Positions 1 through 13,885 of a stretch of DNA of 64,000 bases are shown here, one piece after another. Below the pieces are notes generated by a model. The model was not told the origin of the DNA. It saw only the letters and a program-made list of their open reading frames with translations, and did no database searches. The stretch comes from Octopus sinensis. Its lineage: Eukaryota. A program made the position numbers and the translations under genes. Location of the stretch: NCBI RefSeq assembly GCF_006345805.1, contig NC_043000.1:104036001-104100000 (forward strand). Direction: 5' to 3'. Position 1 is the first letter of the stretch, and the number at the start of each line of letters is the position of its first letter.

Positions 1-400
1 TTTACTTTTACTTTTCAATTTCTCATTAGCTCTTATGTTTTCAAATGAATAAAGGAATAATTAATGAATATAAGATTTAATTCCACTATTCCCCTACTAC
101 AAAATAACAACAAAAACAACTGTAAAATAAGAAATATAACTTGTGTATTTCTCCTGGCTCTCTGCTTTGTAAGTTCAAATTCTGTTGAGGTCAACTGTGC
201 CTTCTGTCCTTTCAGGTTCAATAAATAAATTACCAGTCCAGGATAGTGAGTTGGTGGAATTGTTAAGACATTGGATGGATACTTTCTGTGCATTCTGAGT
301 TCAAACTCCAGCTAGACGACCATTATAGTGAAGTAGCCTCTTCTGGGTCGGCTAGGAAACCCCCAAAAAGCATCAGACTCAAAAGAGTTTACATTCTTAT

Positions 401-634
401 TTCTTTATTTGCCCACAAGGAGCTAAACATAGAGGGGACAAACAAGGACAGACAAAAGGATTGAGTCAATTACATCGACCCCAGTGCATAACTGGTACTT
501 AATTTATCGACCCCGAAAGGATGAAAGGCAAAGTCAACCTAGGTGGAATTTGAACTCAGAACATAACAGCAGACGAAATACCACTAAGCATTTTGCCCGG
601 TATGCTAATGTTTCTGCCAGCAGTGAGCTGGCAG
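401..634 (-). mobile_element. tRNA-derived SINE (family A, head GGTGAGCTGGCAGAA) with 20 bp target-site duplication
   Basis: Body gaccccgaaaggatgaaaggcaaagtcaacc...gaatttgaactcagaac recurs many times in the window. Direct repeat aaaagagtttacattcttat at 381-400 and 635-654. Confidence 0.85.
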
Positions 635-711
635 AAAAGAGTTTACATTCTTATGACGGTAGGACAATCTAAGGGCACAAAGTCCTGAATAAATAATTAT
701 AATAATAATCC

Positions 712-912
712 TTTCTATTGTAGGCACAAGGCCTGAAATTTATGGGGAGGGGGCTAGTATTACATTGACCCCAGTGCTTATCTGGTATTCAATTTATCAA
801 CCCTGAAAGGATGAAAGGCAAAATTGATCTCAGCAAAATTTTAACTCAAAATGTAAAGACAGACGAAATGCTGCTAAGCATTTTGCCCAGCATGGTAATG
901 ATTCAACCAGCT
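712..912 (-). mobile_element. Family A SINE, degraded
   Basis: taggcacaaggcctgaaat...gaaaggatgaaaggcaaa...aagcattttgcccagc matches the other family A copies. Confidence 0.75.
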
Positions 913-3900
913 TGCTGTGTTAATAATTATGATAATGATGGTAATGATGACAACAATCATGATAACATTGTCTCTGCTGCAACTGATGGCAACAGTTTCT
1001 CACTTCTTAGAGAAGAGAATTAATTTTAGACTATTGCTCATTAGTAAATCTGTTAGAACAACCATAATATTGCTTAGTAGACTTTTTAATTATTATTTCT
1101 TGTATTGTGGATTTAACATTTTGGTAAATGTATCAATGAATGAGCCAATGAGTGTGGTGCTATGTGGTCACTCAAACTCCCACTAATAGCAACCAAATCT
1201 TCAAACAACATTATGCCACCTTAAAAATGGATGGACACATTCAATTATATAGTCAGTCTAAAAAAAGAATGTAGCTTGGTCTAAAAAGAAGAATTCCATG
1301 GTCATGAATACAATGCTTTTGATCATAGGTCTGCTTAATCATGTCTGACCTGGAGCTAAACAATATTAACAATAATGGATTGTAGAACCAAAGTAGACAT
1401 GGAAGTTTCATTCTGTATATGAAAAAGGGACTTGTACCCCGAGATAAACTACATCCATGACCCACTTTGATAGTAGTTATTTCATTTACCTCTCTAATAA
1501 CATTTGTAAAACATGGCTGTCATAATTACTTTACACTATCTTCTGAATTCTATATACTTAATTGCCCATCAATACTAACATCAAACAGTAAAATAATTCA
1601 TTTAGATGAGATGAATAAATAAAATGGTGAATCTTTGTTCTTTTGATACAAGGAAAATTATCATAATCGTGATGTTGAGTTCATTGAATGAATTTACTTC
1701 AGTGTATTACTGGTGTTTATTTTCTTATCCCAAGCTTATTGAAGATGCTGATGGTAAGGGTTCTAGTTACAACAGTGATTGTGGTAGTGGTGATGATCCA
1801 GACTGTGAAGATTCTGTACCATTTACTATTGAAATATTCTTTACTTTGATTACTGTTCTTCTTTGAACAACTTAACCATTTGGCACCAACGATGAATTAA
1901 TGAGAAAATGGTGTCCAGTCCCAATTCACCTTTCAATCTTGACAATGATGACAATGAGTGATGCTGATGTACTCCAGGGAATTGTGACTATGATGAATAT
2001 AGCATAGAGTTAGCTAAGTGAACATTTATCAATGAAGTATAGGACTGGTTTCAGTGGAACCTTGTTATTATTTGAACTTCCTTATTATATGAAAACTGTG
2101 ATCCTAGATACTAGAAAATTGTTCCAGGAGAAATTTAGCTACTGTGCTTGCAATTCAAAGAAAGTTTATTTCACTAGTTCTTTTTGTATCAGCCAATGCT
2201 ATTGTTGTTTGTTGTTTAGTCCCAGGCCAACCCTGATTGATCAAACTTTTGATCAAAAACATTTTGGGACATCCCATACTTTTAAGTATACCTTGGAATT
2301 TCTTTTTTAAGATGCTATGGTGTAACTTGAAGGTGATTTACTATTGTTTCTAGCAGGTCAGATAGCTGTATAGTGGTTGGCTTAGTTGCTGCTGTTGTTA
2401 TCATTGTTTGTGTTGTTAAATGAGGACATCATTTGGCATACATTCCTATCATTCTCCTTTCATTAATCCAGAGATTAATGAGATCTGGATTAATTATTAT
2501 TTATTTGTTATTTGGAAAATAGATAAAGCTCATTCTGATGCTAATTCACCATATTCTGTTTTATGACCCATGACTAAAAAGGTCATAGTTCTAGCAAACA
2601 GTTGAGAACCCAATTATATGAGTGTATATTAAATCAAAGAACAAGGTTAAAAAAAAAGACAGATTCAGGCAATGATAACATTCTGGAAGATAATGTACTT
2701 CAGCTTTGTATTTCTATAGTTAATTTCTTATTTTATTGAGCTATGTGATCTTCCTATTTATTTATCAAACATAGGGTATGTAAAACTACATTATCCACAA
2801 TGAAGACAGCATTGATTTCTGGTATATTTTATAATAACTGAGAGTATTTCATTTTCTGTTATCCAACCAATGCCAATATCATCAAAATGATGATGATGAC
2901 TGTACTTTATATTGAAAAATACTTAACTTTTTCTCTGTTTTGTCTCTTGTACTTTCTCTGTATTTTTGTGTTCATTTTGAAGGCTTTATACTCCTCTTTT
3001 CTCTTGTACTCAATGCTTAAGAACATTGTGCGCTCTCTCTGATGATATTGTTGGAAGTTTTGCTGTCTGATATTATTGTCATTCAGAAGTCTTACTCATC
3101 TATGGAATTTATAATGCCATCAGTATATTCAAGTAAGCACTTGGGAATGACTCATAGCTATGTTAAACTGTAAAGAAGCTTATTATTTGGTTAATATTGT
3201 AACTGTGACCATCCCGATTTTGTTTGGTTGATATTAAGCTGAGAGTTAATTATCTGTGATCTTGGTATCGAACATGGTAAGCTTTCAAATCTTGACCATT
3301 GTATCTGTGTGATGTTGGTTGTGCTTGGGTTTAAAACTTGCAGCCTTAAATCTTGACACTTATGATAGTGGGAAATATTAAGATAAAAGAAGATATTGGC
3401 TTAGATATGTTTTTTACACCCTTCAAAATACCATTCAACCTCCATTGGCAAAACATGTGCACACTGTTGATTATAAATGAACAACATTTGAAATATAAAT
3501 AGATGGACATGAAATGTAAACATTCTATTAAAGTATTCTCAGATGATTAGATTAATAGGTCAAGTTTAATATCTCTAATCCTCATTGAATATCTCTATAG
3601 TAATTTACTAATGCACTGTCAATCAGAATTATGTGTAACTGCTATTCTCTGTGTGTGTGTGTGTGTGTGTGCGCATGCTCATGCGTTTTCTTTCTTTCTA
3701 TCTTTGTTGTTATTGCTTTGTTCTCTAATCAAAATAAAGCAGATATATAAAAAAAAACACCAACTCAAATGGTATTCTCTCAACAGGACATTTTTTTTTT
3801 GTAACATTACTCATCTCTTGAACAGAACTTGACTAGTTTGATCCAACTAAAGTATTACATACTATGGTCAGGAATGATAAAGTATGATGTGTTTGTGTTA

Positions 3901-5175
3901 TGTAATGTAATGAAATGAAATACAGTGATGACATTTCCAGTGGGATGTTATTGTGTTACATGCTATGTTATGTAGTATATAAAACTGTCGGGTAGGGAAT
4001 GTTATGTATAAAAATTGTATGGAATAGTGAGATATGCTATGCTTTGCAATGTTATAATGTAAGAAATGGTATGATAAAATGAAATATACTTTTGAAGGAG
4101 AAAGTAATATAGAGTATTATCCAATGCAGTTAAAGAAATTGAGATAATTTATGATATAGTGTATTATGATATAGATATATCAAATTACCTAATATGAAAT
4201 GATGTATATGAATATATTCATGATTTAAAGAGGCTTCATTAACTTAAAAAGGACTTTTAAAGGCTAATTTTATCTTTGAGTTATTACCATTAAATTGATA
4301 TGCAGTTATTCTTTCAATGGAGCTGATACTGGTCTGTTTCAGGAAGAACTCTCAAAATAGAGAGTATCATTTCTTGAAAGCTAGATTAACTTAGGCACAT
4401 ATAAATTAAGTGTATTGTCCAAATACACAGCAAAATAATGCAGTGGAATTGAACTCACGACAATAAAAGTAATAGGCCAATGTCAAAGTTACTTGGCCAT
4501 TTCATTTCTTCTGAATGTTACATCTTTAATCTTCCCACTCAGAGCTGACCTTGAGGTGAACAAAAGAACAAGAATACAGCTACTACCTAAGAATTTTTGG
4601 TAGTTTCAATGTTTCTGAAAATTTTTTACTGAAAAGCCATTGATTGGTTAGTAGAGGTTATTTATGAATTGCAATTGCCCTCTGTAGAAGATTGCATGTG
4701 TTGATGAAACCCTCTCTGATCTTTCACTCTGTCAGTTTTCATTTACTTCAAGGCTTGTTATCTTTCTTGACGCCCCCCCCTTCTCTCTCTCTCTCATCCC
4801 TTTGAATGAAAACTACATGGAATTAATACCTATACACTATCCATTTGTAATAACAAAATATGAACTCCTATCGGAACTTACATACCATGGACAAGAAACC
4901 TTTTTACACATTCCTTGGATAATGGAACAGCAAGTTTAACATCCAACATATATCTTTATTTTTATTCCTATATTTCCCTTTGTACTTCTTATATCCTAAA
5001 TATTCCAAAATAACTTCTTATATTGAACTCCACTATTTCCTTCTATTTAACTCTCTCATTTCATCTCTGATAATGAGATATCTTTTATATCCCTGAAATA
5101 GCTGTAAGATTACCCTTCTCTTTATGAAATGCCCTAGCACACTGCCTTGGCTTTGTTGTCTCATTTTATTCAACC

Positions 5176-5239
<64 letters not shown>

Positions 5240-7294
5240 CTCTTTCAATGATGACGCTTCTCCATTTTCTTATTCTCTGTTGCCTTTTGTTCATAAGAAC
5301 TTTTTTCTGTTTACAAATTCAACCAACCAAGATTATCCTCAGTAAAAAGTGTCCTCAAAGAAAGCCTACAATGCTCCACCTGTTGGAAATAGTAATGAAG
5401 TTCCTTCAAATTACACCCTGTCATCTTTAAAGAATAAACAAAACAAAAGAGTATTAAACAAGGTAGTCCTAGAGATATTAAAAAACAAGGTATCATAGCT
5501 GGAAGACTTTTGAGTGTAGATCTGTTCAATCAGAGCTGACTTGGGCCTAAACAACAACAAAAACATTCTGCAATATAGTTCTGATAACTTAGATATTCTA
5601 GTCAGTACCCAAAATACTAACTCTACACTTCACAAATTTAAATAGCACTGCATTTTTCTTGTTTAATGCAAAAAAAAAAAAAACGGAATTAAAGCATTCC
5701 TGTTCTCTATAAATTGTAAGTCTTCACAAACTTTCATAACCTTTCTTGGTGTCCACAGATTCTTCATATATCCAAAGCTGCTTTACAAAAAAAAAAGGGG
5801 GAAACTTGTAATGGTCTGCACTGGTGACAGTCAATACAAGTTCATATGGTCACAGAATTAGCTATGTAGCTAACGAATTCACTTTTCAGACACATGGTTT
5901 CCAGTTCCATCCCACTGTGTATCGTGTCTTTTATCATAGCCTTGGATTGAATAGAATCTGGAAAATGAAAATTGTGTGAGGCCCATTGTTATTAAATATG
6001 CGTGTGTGTGTTTCATCTAGTGATAACACTGTCATTCTTGTCTGAAGTGTAGTCACCCAGTGATTGACTTGTTACAAAAAAATCTGTACCAATGATTCTA
6101 TTTTTTGCAAATTGCAGCAAAAAATATCAAATATTTGAGACAATGCACACCTACACATTGACATTTTGGGTCATATTCAAGAAAAAGCTGCCTGTCTAAT
6201 AGCCACTATTTCATTTTTTAATTGTATTTCCTCTCTTACTGTTAAACCACTCTCACAGTAGTCTATGCTCCACTGAAAAGGCTTGCTTTATATTACCCTT
6301 TCCCCTCAACCTAAGTCTATTTCTTGCACATGTCTACCAAGATAGAGAAAGAAAAGAAAGGACAAGAGAAAGAGATCAAAGAGAGAGGGAAAATAAAAAA
6401 CAGAAGCTATTGAAGGGTGAGGGGGTAAGTTGTGGTATAGTTTGTTGACAAAAACATCATTCATGGATTTTTTTCTTAGTGATTCACATAATGCAAATGT
6501 AAATCTGAGTCAGTTTGCTAACATAGAATATGGTAGTAATGCTATTGTAAGGTTTACCATGTATCTTTTATTTAAAATGTTAGAACATCATTTTTAGAGT
6601 TTCCAAAATTTATCTTACCTCTGCTGACTTTTTATTTTATCCTTCCATACTTGATAAAATAACATCAGTTAAATAATGGGTTCTATTAAATCGACAACTA
6701 CACTTCTCTTCAAAATTTGTGGCCTTGCTTCAATGTTAGAAATCTAAGAAACTTATATTTTGTATTGTATGTGTATAATGCATGTAATAAGGAATGTATG
6801 TGTTTATTCATGTATATCAATTATATATGTGTTCAACATATGTGTAAGGCTGGTTGAGATATGTATAACATTCTTTGTGTTTTCAGTTAATCAACTCTAA
6901 TCTCCTCATCACACTATTTCCCTTTCCATCTACAACTCTGTTGAAGTGTCTCACATTCTCTATCTTTCTCTTTCCCACTATGCAAAGAGAGAAAGAGAAG
7001 TATGGTGAAGGGAGACTAAAGAAAAAATATAAAACAGAGAGTTTGATGTCATACAAATTTACTGCTGCCATCACCACCATCCCTCTCTTTATGTATGCCT
7101 TTCATTCTCTGTTTCCATTTATTTCATCATTCCAAAGAAAGAGAAAGAGATTGGCATTACAACCTTATTTCAATTTTCTATTCTTCTACATCTACTTCTT
7201 TGGGAGTGAGGAATATTTGGCTGCTATTTCTCAAATGTGATTTTATATATATATATGTATGTATATATACATACATACACACATACATAAAATC

Positions 7295-7640
7295 TTTTCC
7301 AACTGGGGTAACCATGTAACCTCCTACAAGACACCTGTTCTTATTCCTCTAACATACTTTGACCTCTGATCACTTGGCATATAGCCACTTCCCTCCAAAC
7401 TACTCCCTACTCAGTTAAGAGGTCTTGCTGTATGAGGTATTTGATGACCTAATTGGTATCAGTGCCACCTAAAAAGCACCCAGTACACTCTGTAAAGTGC
7501 TTGGCATTAGCAATGACATCCATCTGTAGAAACCATGCAAAAGCCGACATTGGAACTTGGTGCAGTCCTCTGGTTCACCATCTCCTGCTGAATCAGCCAA
7601 CTAGCATGGAAAATGAATGTTAAATGATGAGGAGGAGGAT
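7295..7640 (+). mobile_element. Old RTE-type LINE 3' UTR fragment
   Basis: aaaaagcacccagtacactctgtaaagtg...ctagcatggaaaatgaatgttaaatgatga matches the RTE 3' tail that follows RTE ORF2 sequence at 61942-62659. Confidence 0.65.
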
Positions 7641-7851
7641 ACATGTATGCAACTGCGTGATTAAGAACTTTGCTTCTCATCAATGTTGTTAGGGGTCCAG
7701 TCATTGTGTGGTACTATTACCTTTAGAAATTTGTCTACTATACCTCCATGCTGATTAAAGCCTTTTGAATGAATTTGATTGACCAAAACTGAAAGAAGCC
7801 CATCAAATTTATATATGTATGCATGTGAGTATATACATACATGGTTTTATT

Positions 7852-7915
<64 letters not shown>

Positions 7916-8139
7916 AGTTTGCAGTAACAAATTGTTACGCATGCACACACACACACACATATACATATACACTTGTTGATTTTGAAACAGATATGGCTCA
8001 CATTAATATATCTCAGTTTTCATTAAATTGATTGTAAGTTTGATTACATTGTCTCCTGTCCTATAATGTCATTATTATATATCATTCTTATAATTTTGCA
8101 TATGTTGAGATTCATGAATCACATTCATTCTGTTTTCAG

Positions 8140-8285
8140 ACGCTACAGACGCAGTATGGGTGAAGAAACAGAACCTGCTGATGATGATATGGAAGTGATG
8201 GATGAACGGATGGCAGCTTTGGTCCTTACAAGCTTGTCCTGTAGCCCAGCTTCTCCAAAAATCCCTGCTATGTTTGGAGAAAGAA
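8140..8285 (+). CDS. ZNF704: Internal coding exon A of a ZNF704/ZNF395/SLC2A4RG-like zinc finger transcription factor
   Basis: Acceptor tgttttcag|A at 8139/8140, donor GAA|gtatgt at 8285/8286. Encodes RYRRSMGEETEPADDDMEVMDERMAALVLTSLSCSPASPKIPAMFGER. The MD..AA.VLTSLS.SP motif is the conserved N-terminal motif of this family. Enters in phase 2 and exits in phase 1, matching exon B. Symbol is family-level only (ZNF704, ZNF395 and SLC2A4RG cannot be distinguished here). Confidence 0.85.
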
Positions 8286-9682
8286 GTATGTTTAATCTAA
8301 TTATATATTTCATATTTTACATGAATGACCATTGATATTTATATTTGTATTTTTACATTAGCTGCTCCCCTCCAAATCCTAAACTAATACAGGTAGGATG
8401 GGTGTGCAAATTCTTCTAGTGGCATGCTAGTTTTAATGCTAAACATTCAAATGTATAGCAATTAATAATACTTGTACTTGGATGCCTTTAGTTTGAGTAG
8501 TTAACTGAAAAGTATAGCAATCTGTTAACACCGCCACTTGATTAGCCGGTGCTTATGTCATAACATAAACATTCTGACCAGATTCCCTAATTCCCTTCTC
8601 ACTCACATTTTCCCTGCAGATGCTCAGGCTGGACATCAAACACATCAGCCTGATAGGACCTGCAAAAGTCGTGCACATTGCTTTCTTCCTCTTATACAGT
8701 TTATAGAAACCAATATTTGATTTTTGAAGTTATAATGGTTATAGCAGGGTTTGTATCTGAAAGTCTATCTTACAGTTATCTAATATATTAAACTCTCTGA
8801 AAGTTGATTTAGCTGATGGCAGCTTTGATATATTATTACAATGCTGATACATCACCATCTAACCCAGATTTTTGTCAATACTCTAAAAGAGTCAAGTGTT
8901 ATGACAGTGTTAATTAGGTAGTATTTTGTCTAAAGATAAGTTTCAACTTGGTTTCAGCAATGCAACTGGAACCCTCACAAAGAAAACAGTGTTCTAAACA
9001 GTAGTTTTGTTATTATACTGTTGAGTGCTTTTGTTTGTTTGTGTTTCTGTATGTTTTAATCAAAATATAGATTTCAGTAAATTTAGTTCTTGTTGTTGTT
9101 TATCAATACTAAAACTGAATCCTTTACAGAGTAAACAAAGTTTGAAGGAAACCTACATATGACAAGCAAGCTTTCTAACAATTTATTCTGTTTCACATTT
9201 AAGGGTTTATCTGCATAATTATTCCTTTTTGCTCTTTTCTCTACTGACATATATTACTTCATTTGTCTTCGTTGTTACAGTTTGTCATCCTGTCTGTCAT
9301 ACCTAGCATTGAAGTCCTCTAAGGTCATCTTCAGCTTTCATCTTTTCAGATTCAGTAAAATAAAGCACCCACCTTATTACTGAAGCTCAAAATTGTTGCC
9401 GTCTGCTTAAATTATAAATTATTACTAAATGCACATTATTACACTATTTTGCTCAAAGAATTGTTTTGAAAAATGCAAAAACCTTTAAAATGTTTTTTTG
9501 TCAAAAATCTTTAAGCAAGGGTTTTTTTAACCCATTGGGCCATGTGTACATGCAAACATGCATGCAATGCATACATAAAAACAAACAATCAATCTCCAAC
9601 ATTGCTGTGAGCACTACATGATTTGCAAAAGGTGAATAATATAACACCTACATTGCTCAAAAGAAGAAAAAGATTTCATCAC

Positions 9683-9786
9683 CTTCAAACAATACTTGGA
9701 CAAACTTCTTCAAAGAATTCCAGGTAAGCCACCTACACCTGGATACATCTTAGTCAACAACAACTCCCTACTTCATTGGGTATTGA
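9683..9786 (+). mobile_element. CR1-type LINE ORF2 C-terminal remnant
   Basis: Translates FKQYLDKLLQRIPGKPPTPGYILVNNNSLLHW, resembling the FK..LDKFL..IPD.P.......NSL end of CR1-group ORF2. Confidence 0.55.
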
Positions 9787-9895
9787 CACTGCAGAACTTG
9801 ACTTAAAAATGACTTAACAGATCCTATCTAGTGGTGCTATTAACTTAGATGTAGTATGGTCCAATTTTTGCCCGAAACATATCTAAGTTTATCCA

Positions 9896-9931
<36 letters not shown>

Positions 9932-9973
9932 CAACCCATGCTAGCATGGAAAGTGGACGTTAAACGATGATGA

Positions 9974-9976
<3 letters not shown>

Positions 9977-10011
<35 letters not shown>

Positions 10012-10220
10012 CATATATATATGGTATATCTATTATATATATATATATATATATATAATACATATATATATGGTATATATATTACATATGTTTATATATA
10101 TATATATATAATACATATATATATGGTATATATATTACATATGTTTATATATATATATATATAATACATATATATATGGTATATATATTACATATGTTTA
10201 TATATATATATATATATAAT
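9977..10220. repeat. Higher-order minisatellite (about 53 bp unit) built from a TA microsatellite
   Basis: Unit ataatacatatatatatggtatatatattacatatgttt(at)n repeated about four times. Confidence 0.85.
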
Positions 10221-10535
10221 ATCATCATCATCATTGTTTAACATCCGTTTTCCATGCTAGCATGGGTTGGACAGTTCGACCAGGCTCTGGGAAGCCAGGA
10301 GGCTGCACCAGGCTCCAATCTGATCTGGCAGTGTTTCTACAGCTCGATGCCCTTCCTAACACTAACCACATCCGTGAGTGTAGTGGGTGCTTTTTATGTG
10401 CCACCAGCACAGGTGCTAGGGAATGCTGGCAACGTCCACGATCAGTTGGTGCTTTTTACGTGCCACGGCACAGAAGCCAGTCAAGGCAGCGCTGGCATCA
10501 GCCACGTTTGGATGGGCTTTTTAATGGAGAGTGAA
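10221..10535 (-). mobile_element. RTE-type LINE 3' end fragment
   Basis: (atc)n tail, then ttccatgctagcatgggttggac...ctgatctggcagtgtttctacagc...gtagtgggtgctttttatgtgcc; reverse complement of the tail at 36375-36676 and 56150-56303. Confidence 0.85.
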
Positions 10536-12779
10536 TGAAAATGTGTATGTGTGTAGTTATGTGTGTATGCACTATTCCATGGGATAAAAACTTCTTGCTT
10601 GAAGATTTTTGACAAAAAATGTTTGCAAGTGTTTTTTAACTCTTTTCAAAAATAATTCTTTAAGCAAAATAATGCAATAATGTACATTCAATAAAGATTT
10701 CTTAATTGAGGCACATGACAACGATTTTGAGGAGAGAGGTTAGTTGATGCTATCAGCCCCCAATATGAGATGGGTACTTTACTCTATTGATCCTGAAAAG
10801 TTGAAAGGCAAAGGCACATATAACCATTCAGTCACATAATGAAAAGAAAACACTCAAAGAGAATAGGAAAACTTGCTCTGTCACATTAAAAACATAGCAG
10901 GCCTTTGAGAAAAGTGACATAAAGTGCTGTGTTGCATCATTGTTAATAACAGTAAATCAACAGTGCATTGTATAACAGCTGTCTTTGTTAAAGAATAAAC
11001 ACTGTCAAGTGAAAGAATATTCAGAAAAGGAACAAGTAATTGTTCAGGGCCTGTGTTTAAGGTGACTCTGGCCAAACCTTTATGTGACAGAAAACCCTTT
11101 GGAGAAAATCCCTTCAGACAAAATACATCTAAGACAGAATTTTCTTTTTCAAAACTTCCTCCTTTAAAAGGTAAAGCCAGACAAAATCCCTGCTATTAAA
11201 AAAGAAAAACTATAAATGCATGATAATTAGAATTCTTGCAATTATTTAGTTTTGATAATTCTAAATTGAAAACCTTAAGACAAAGTTAAAATCAATCACA
11301 TCTTCATTATAGAAAGTGCTTTCATTACTAAATGCACATTCTGAGTCCGTCCTGAATTTCTGTTTTTAACAATGATGCAACACTGCTCTTTACGTCACTT
11401 CTCTCAAAGGCCTCTAGACCAGTATGTTTTTAATGTGAGTAAGCAGGTTTTCCTATTCTGAGTGTTTTTCTTTCACTATGTGACCGAATGGTTATACATG
11501 CTTGTGTGTATATATATACACGATAGAGAGAGAGAGAGAGAGAGAGAGAGTGGGATTTAGGATGAATCTGTAAAACCACAAATGCTTCCTGCTTGCTAAA
11601 TAGTTGAAAACGTGACAAATGTAACGTATTGGATTTAAGAAAAGGAAATTCTAGTTATAAGACATTTTATTTTATTTTTTGTTAGGTTTGTTTTTATTAC
11701 TTTTGTAGTGTTTATTTTTCTAGTGGGAAATCATTGTTCATATTGATTAATTCTTGAAAATTTTTACTTATTATAACTTTAAAAAATATAATTTTAACTT
11801 GTGTTGATTTCTGGGTGTTTGCTGTTGTGCACACAAAAATTTGGAGCAGAGAACAAGAAACATGCTATATATTTGAGGTTAACTGACCATTTTGCATAAA
11901 TAGTACATCAAAAGTAAATGAGAATATCTAGATGAACTATAAATTAGAAATTAGCAATATGTATAACTTTTCATCAGAGTGGTTGATAATTGGAAAGAGA
12001 TAATCATAAAAACACTCCAGACACAATCTCATTAAATATGTATTTGAATTGGGACACAAGGAATAAATGCTACATAACTTGTTTGATCCATGCTAGCATG
12101 GTTTTTCCCATGCCAGCATGAATCGATAATTATATTCTGGTTTATACTTGTCCTTATAACCAATAAAGCAGTTCCTTTAAAGAAAGCTGTATTTCAAAAA
12201 GAATTAACAAAATCAGTTAAGCTAATAACATACTTTATAGCCAGTTTACTAGTAGGAATATCAACATTTTGGTTTGTTAACTTTAGAAATAATTTCTTGG
12301 CAACTTCATTGCATTAAAAAAAATTACATGCCATCAATGGATCCTCATTGCAATTGTTTGACTTGCCAGAAGTAGCAGCCAAATCTACCTTCTGCTTGAA
12401 AGAGAAAAAGTAGGATACATTAGTTTAATGTAACCCTAGACACTATGTTGAAATATGGGATGGTCAGCAATGTCATTTATTAGTTTTAAGGAATAATAAA
12501 AAAAAAAGTTATCCTTTTTATTCACAAGGTCTATTGATATGAATTTTTCCTTGAATGGCAGGCTTTTCAAAGATCTGTTTATTCAGCAAATCTTGAACTC
12601 AGCTCACAGACCCCAGTACTTTGGTTGTGGGGTCTGTAGACTCCAGGTTGAAAACCACTGGCTTAGACTAATGATATTCAAGCCATTGAAGGAACTTATA
12701 CATGGTCACTCAACCTGCTAGAAATAGTGCCAACCTTTCTCAATTCACACCAACTTCACAAACATACACACACACACCA

Positions 12780-13100
12780 CCATCATCATCATCATCATTT
12801 AACATTCCGCTTTCCATGCTGGCATGGCTTGGACAGTTTGATAGGAGCTAGCTAAGCAGAAGACTGCTCTAGATTTCAATGTCTGTTTAGGCATGGTTTT
12901 AACTGTAGGATGTCCATCCTAACACCAGCCACCCCATAGAGTGGACTAAGTGTTTTTATATAGCACCAGCACAGGCAATGTCAGTTTTAACATGGTTTTT
13001 ACAGCTGGATGACCTTCCAAAATGCCAACCACTTTACAGTGTTGACTGGATACCTTTTTATGTGACACCAGCACTGGCAGGGTTACCAAGTAATTTGCAA
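12780..13100 (-). mobile_element. Degraded RTE-type LINE 3' end
   Basis: (cat)n tail and ttccatgctggcatgg...ggatgtccatcctaacacc, same family as 10221-10535. Confidence 0.65.
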
Positions 13101-13655
13101 GACAAAGATCCTCTGAGACACATACATACACATATACATGTGTGCATGTATAAATATGTGTGTATGTATGTATTTGTGTGTGTGTGTGTGTATACACAGA
13201 CATGACAGAAGTAAATTGACACCCTTATAATCATTAGAATTTATTTAAATCTGAAATACATTCAAATTGTTTATTAATTATTATATTGTGAATATCTAAT
13301 ATTTAGTAGACATGCTCTTTGCATTTTTCAACGCTAGGTTCTTATAAGGCATGCTACTGATCATCATCATCATCATCATCATTTAACGTCCGTTTTCCAT
13401 GTTAGCATGTTAGCTCACTTTCAACTGTTAAATAGGAATAAAAGCAATTGCTCACCCTTACAGTTTGACCAATAATGGTTCATATACTTTAGTCTGAATT
13501 AAAAATTAAAAAAGGCAGTTGCTCAGGCATTGATTTTAGAAAATTAATATAGCCTGTAAAATGATTAAATTTCTCTTTACTATTTTTTTCTCTTTAATAT
13601 TACAATTAATTTTTTTCCATGTTTTTTTTTTTTTTACACTTCTGCTCTTTATCAG

Positions 13656-13885
13656 GCCAGAGTCTTCCTGAAAACCAGCAATCAAGTAGTTTGACTAGCA
13701 GCGGTGTATTTAGTTATAATTCAGACCGCAGTGACCCATCCCCTCCTCTTTCAAACAGCACACCTCTAGCTCCTAGTACAGGACTTAGTGGCTCATGGCC
13801 TCAAGATGAAGGGCTGGACCTTGAAGAAAATGTTCGAAGCTACTATGATGAATTTCCAGATGAGCTGAAAAGAAAGAAAGCACAA
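13656..13885 (+). CDS. ZNF704: Internal coding exon B (Ser/Pro-rich linker, acidic patch, basic KRKK motif) of the ZNF704-like gene
   Basis: Polypyrimidine tract and atcag|G acceptor at 13655/13656, donor CAA|gtaagg at 13885/13886. Phase 1 entry joins exon A in frame (A+GC=Ser). Encodes SQSLPENQQSSSLTSSGVFSYNSDRSDPSPP...DEGLDLEE...ELKRKKAQ. Exits in phase 0. Confidence 0.85.
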
